From Eledone cirrhosa (taxonomy: Eukaryota), in the NCBI GenBank assembly GCA_964016885.1, contig OZ024757.1, positions 18,290,001-18,354,000 on the forward strand: a stretch of DNA of 64,000 nt, read 5' to 3'. Under the pieces are notes generated by a model. That model saw only the letters and a program-made list of their open reading frames with translations, did not search any database and was not told the DNA's origin. Below, piece after piece: positions 60,660 to 64,000 of this stretch. Made by a program: the position numbers and the translations under genes. The number at the start of each line of letters is the position of its first letter. Position 1 is the stretch's first letter.

Positions 60660-61735
60660 GTAAGATATATATAAAGGTAGAGAGAGAGTAAGATATATGT
60701 AAAGGTAGAGAGAGAGAGAGAGTAAGATAAATATAAAGGTAGAGAGAGAGAGATAGAGAGAGTAAGATATATATAAAGGTAGAGATAGAGAGAGAGAGTA
60801 AGATATATATAAAGGTAGAGAGAGAGATAGAGAGAGAGTAAGATATATATAAAGGTAGAGAGAGTAAGATATATATAAAGCTAGAGAGAGTAAGATATAT
60901 ATAAAGGTAGAGAGAGTAAGATATATATAAAGCTAGAGAGAGTAAGATATATATATAAAGCTAGAGAGAGTAAGATATATATAAAGGTAGAGAGAGTAAG
61001 ATATATATAAAGGTAGAGAGAGTAAGATATATATAAAGGTAGAGAGAGTAAGATATACATAAAGGTAGAGATAGAGAGAGAGAGAGAGTAAGATATATAT
61101 AAAGGTAGAGATAGAGAGAGAGAGTAAGATATATATATAAAGGTAGAGAGAGTAAGATATATATAAAGCTAGAGAGAGTAAGATGTATATAAAGGTAGAG
61201 AGAGTAAGATATATATAAAGCTAGAGAGAGTAAGATATATATAAAGCTAGAGAGAGTAAGGTATATATAAAGGTAGAGAGAGTAAGATATATATAAAGGT
61301 AGAGAGTAAGATATATATAAAGGTAGAGAGAGAGAGTAAGATATATATAAAGGTAGAGAGAGAGAGTAAGATATATATAAAGGTAGAGAGAGAGAGTAAG
61401 ATATATATAAAGGTAGAGAGAGTAAGATATATACAAAGGTAGAGAGAGTAAGATATATACAAAGGTAGAGCTAGAGAGAGAGAGAGAGTAAGATATATAT
61501 AAAGGTAGAGAGAGTAAGATATATATAAAGGTAGAGATAGAGAGAGAAAGTAAGATATATATAAAGGTAGAGAGAGAGAGTAAGATATATATAAATGTAG
61601 AGAGAGAGAGTAAGATATATATAAAGGTAGAGAGAGTAAGATATATATAAAGGTAGAGAGAGAGAGTAAGATATAAAGATATATATGAAGGTAGAGATAG
61701 AGAGAGAGAGTGAGATATATATAAAGGTAGAGAGA
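60660..61735. repeat. ~26-bp purine-rich minisatellite (AGTAAGATATATATAAAGGT(AG)n)
   Basis: More than 30 tandem units with variable (AG)n length. Confidence 0.93.
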
Positions 61736-61898
61736 TAGGGAGGGGGGTGACTAGACCACCCAACTAGTACAATACATTTATCTATTGTGAGTAGGATTTG
61801 ATGGTCTTTGACGTTAAGCAGACGACAGAAAGAGCGGCATTAGCAGACTTATTATAAATAGCGCCTACAGCTAAAACTGAGCGATATATATATATATA

Positions 61899-61976
<78 letters not shown>

Positions 61977-62109
61977 AATTGATATTATACTCCAGAAAAC
62001 ATGTAGAGTGCTTCGAATCTGTTATAAATAAATTTGTTGAATAACCAACAAATTAAATATCTCTTTGCTTTTATATATATATATATGTGTGTGTGTGCGT
62101 GCATGTTTG

Positions 62110-62192
<83 letters not shown>

Positions 62193-62204
62193 CGTGCATG
62201 TTTG

Positions 62205-62286
<82 letters not shown>

Positions 62287-62579
62287 ATAACTAATAAGCT
62301 TGAAACTAGTACAGCGTTCCTTTGTCAGTGTTGAACGAACGAGCAACGATGGTTGCTAGACACTACGGCTTAATATGGGATGTTTGTTTACAAGCACACC
62401 GAGCATTATAATAAATGTTCGGTGAATCCATACGTACATATATATATGTTTGCATGTATGTATATATATATACATACTACTGTACGTCTGCATACATATA
62501 TGTATGTACGTGTACATACTTATATTTAAGTAACAACCGTACTAAGACTGGAAAATGAAATTTCGTTTCATTTTTTCCG

Positions 62580-62638
<59 letters not shown>

Positions 62639-62816
62639 GTTTCTACTTTAGGCACTAGGCCAGCAAAAACCCCAGTGCATTACCGGTACTTTATTTCATC
62701 GACACCCGTAAGGATGAAAGGCAAACTTAACCTTTGAACTCAGAACGTAAAGGGCCATAACTCTATGCCTCAGGCATGTTGTCCGGCGCTCTATTGATAC
62801 TGCCAATCCGCTGCCC
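62639..62816 (-). mobile_element. OR-like tRNA-derived SINE
   Basis: Homologous to 25415-25598. Confidence 0.75.
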
Positions 62817-63181
62817 TTGTATGTATATGATAATATATCTATATTCCCATACACACACACATATGTATGAAGTGTAAATAATAATTAAGTATTACATATG
62901 ATTGAACAATATATATTGTAGCCAGCATATGTAGACTACTATAATTACACCGAAACATATGTTAAAGAAAATAAATTGATAATCTTTTCTCGCCGTCGTT
63001 TCATTTCTCTTCGTGCAATACTTATATATATATATTATATATATATATATATATCTGTATGTATGTATATATATACATGCACACATATATATATATTATA
63101 TATATATATATATATATATGTGTATGTATGTATATATATACACGCACACATATATATATATATTTCTATATATATATATAT

Positions 63182-63215
<34 letters not shown>

Positions 63216-63257
63216 GTGTGTATGTATGTATATATATACACACACACACATATACAT

Positions 63258-63290
<33 letters not shown>

Positions 63291-63291
<1 letters not shown>

Positions 63292-63483
63292 ATTCCGGGT
63301 TGAATCGGAGGTAACCACAGTAAGGCACACAATACATAGCAGAGTATAAATGTTTTAATATAGAAGAGCTTCTACAGGACTAGAACTGTTTCATTCGTGA
63401 GAAATCATCAGGAAGCGCTTCCTGGTGATTTCTCACGATTGAAACAGTTCTAGACCTGTAGAAGCTCTTCTGTATTAAAATAG

Positions 63484-63486
<3 letters not shown>
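63291..63486. ncRNA. Spacer-less head-to-head double hammerhead (family C) in (TA)n
   Basis: Minus 63368-63416: gcttc-CTGATGA-tttctcacgaat-GAAA-cag ttctagtc ctg-TA-gaagc; mirrored on plus 63417-63465 with a CTGGTGA core. Confidence 0.85.
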
Positions 63487-63522
<36 letters not shown>

Positions 63523-63526
<4 letters not shown>

Positions 63527-63608
63527 AACGAGTAGGACCCCGACGGCTAATTCTGAGTCCAGAATTAGCCGTCGAAACGGCTTGAGCTCAGCCGTCGGGG
63601 TCCTACTT
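63523..63608. mobile_element. Family B hairpin-only copy
   Basis: taggaacgagtaggaccccgacggctaattctg..cagaattagccgtcgaaacggcttgagctcagccgtcggggtcctact; no tail; (TA)n flanks. Confidence 0.82.
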
Positions 63609-63813
63609 ATATATATATATATATATAAAACCATATTTATTGTATTATAAATATGGTTTTATAAATATAGTTTCCATTTATTTAATATCATTGATTAAAT
63701 ATAAATATATATTAGAAAATAGAATAGCTTTCACCGTATTTTTGACTGAAGAAATTTTAGTCTGATAATGGGGTTTAGAACCCTCAGATAAATGGAAAAA
63801 GATGAGTATTGAC

Positions 63814-63857
<44 letters not shown>

Positions 63858-63899
63858 ATGTATGCATGTATTTACACACACACACACACACTCACACAC

Positions 63900-63961
<62 letters not shown>

Positions 63962-64000
63962 CGTAAACCTCTCCAAATGAAGTTGATGTTTATTACGGTA

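Overview
Extremely AT-rich, repeat-dominated eukaryotic DNA; the SINE families and very long (TA)n tracts suggest an octopus-like cephalopod (inference). No complete host gene can be supported, and nearly all listed ORFs are microsatellite artefacts. The window holds two decayed Penelope-like retroelements (PLE; RT plus C-terminal GIY-YIG), RTE and CR1-group LINE 3' fragments, tRNA-derived SINEs and several minisatellites. The main signal is a dense set of PLE-type hammerhead ribozyme (HHR) motifs from many unrelated families, mostly in short unique islands between (TA)n tracts. Many of these islands are fold-back (inverted-repeat) elements that turn around at or inside the ribozyme, suggesting a (TA)n-targeted, ribozyme-associated non-autonomous retroelement system. 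There is also an unusual palindromic array whose spacers flip orientation. All structures were read by eye; none was computed or tested.
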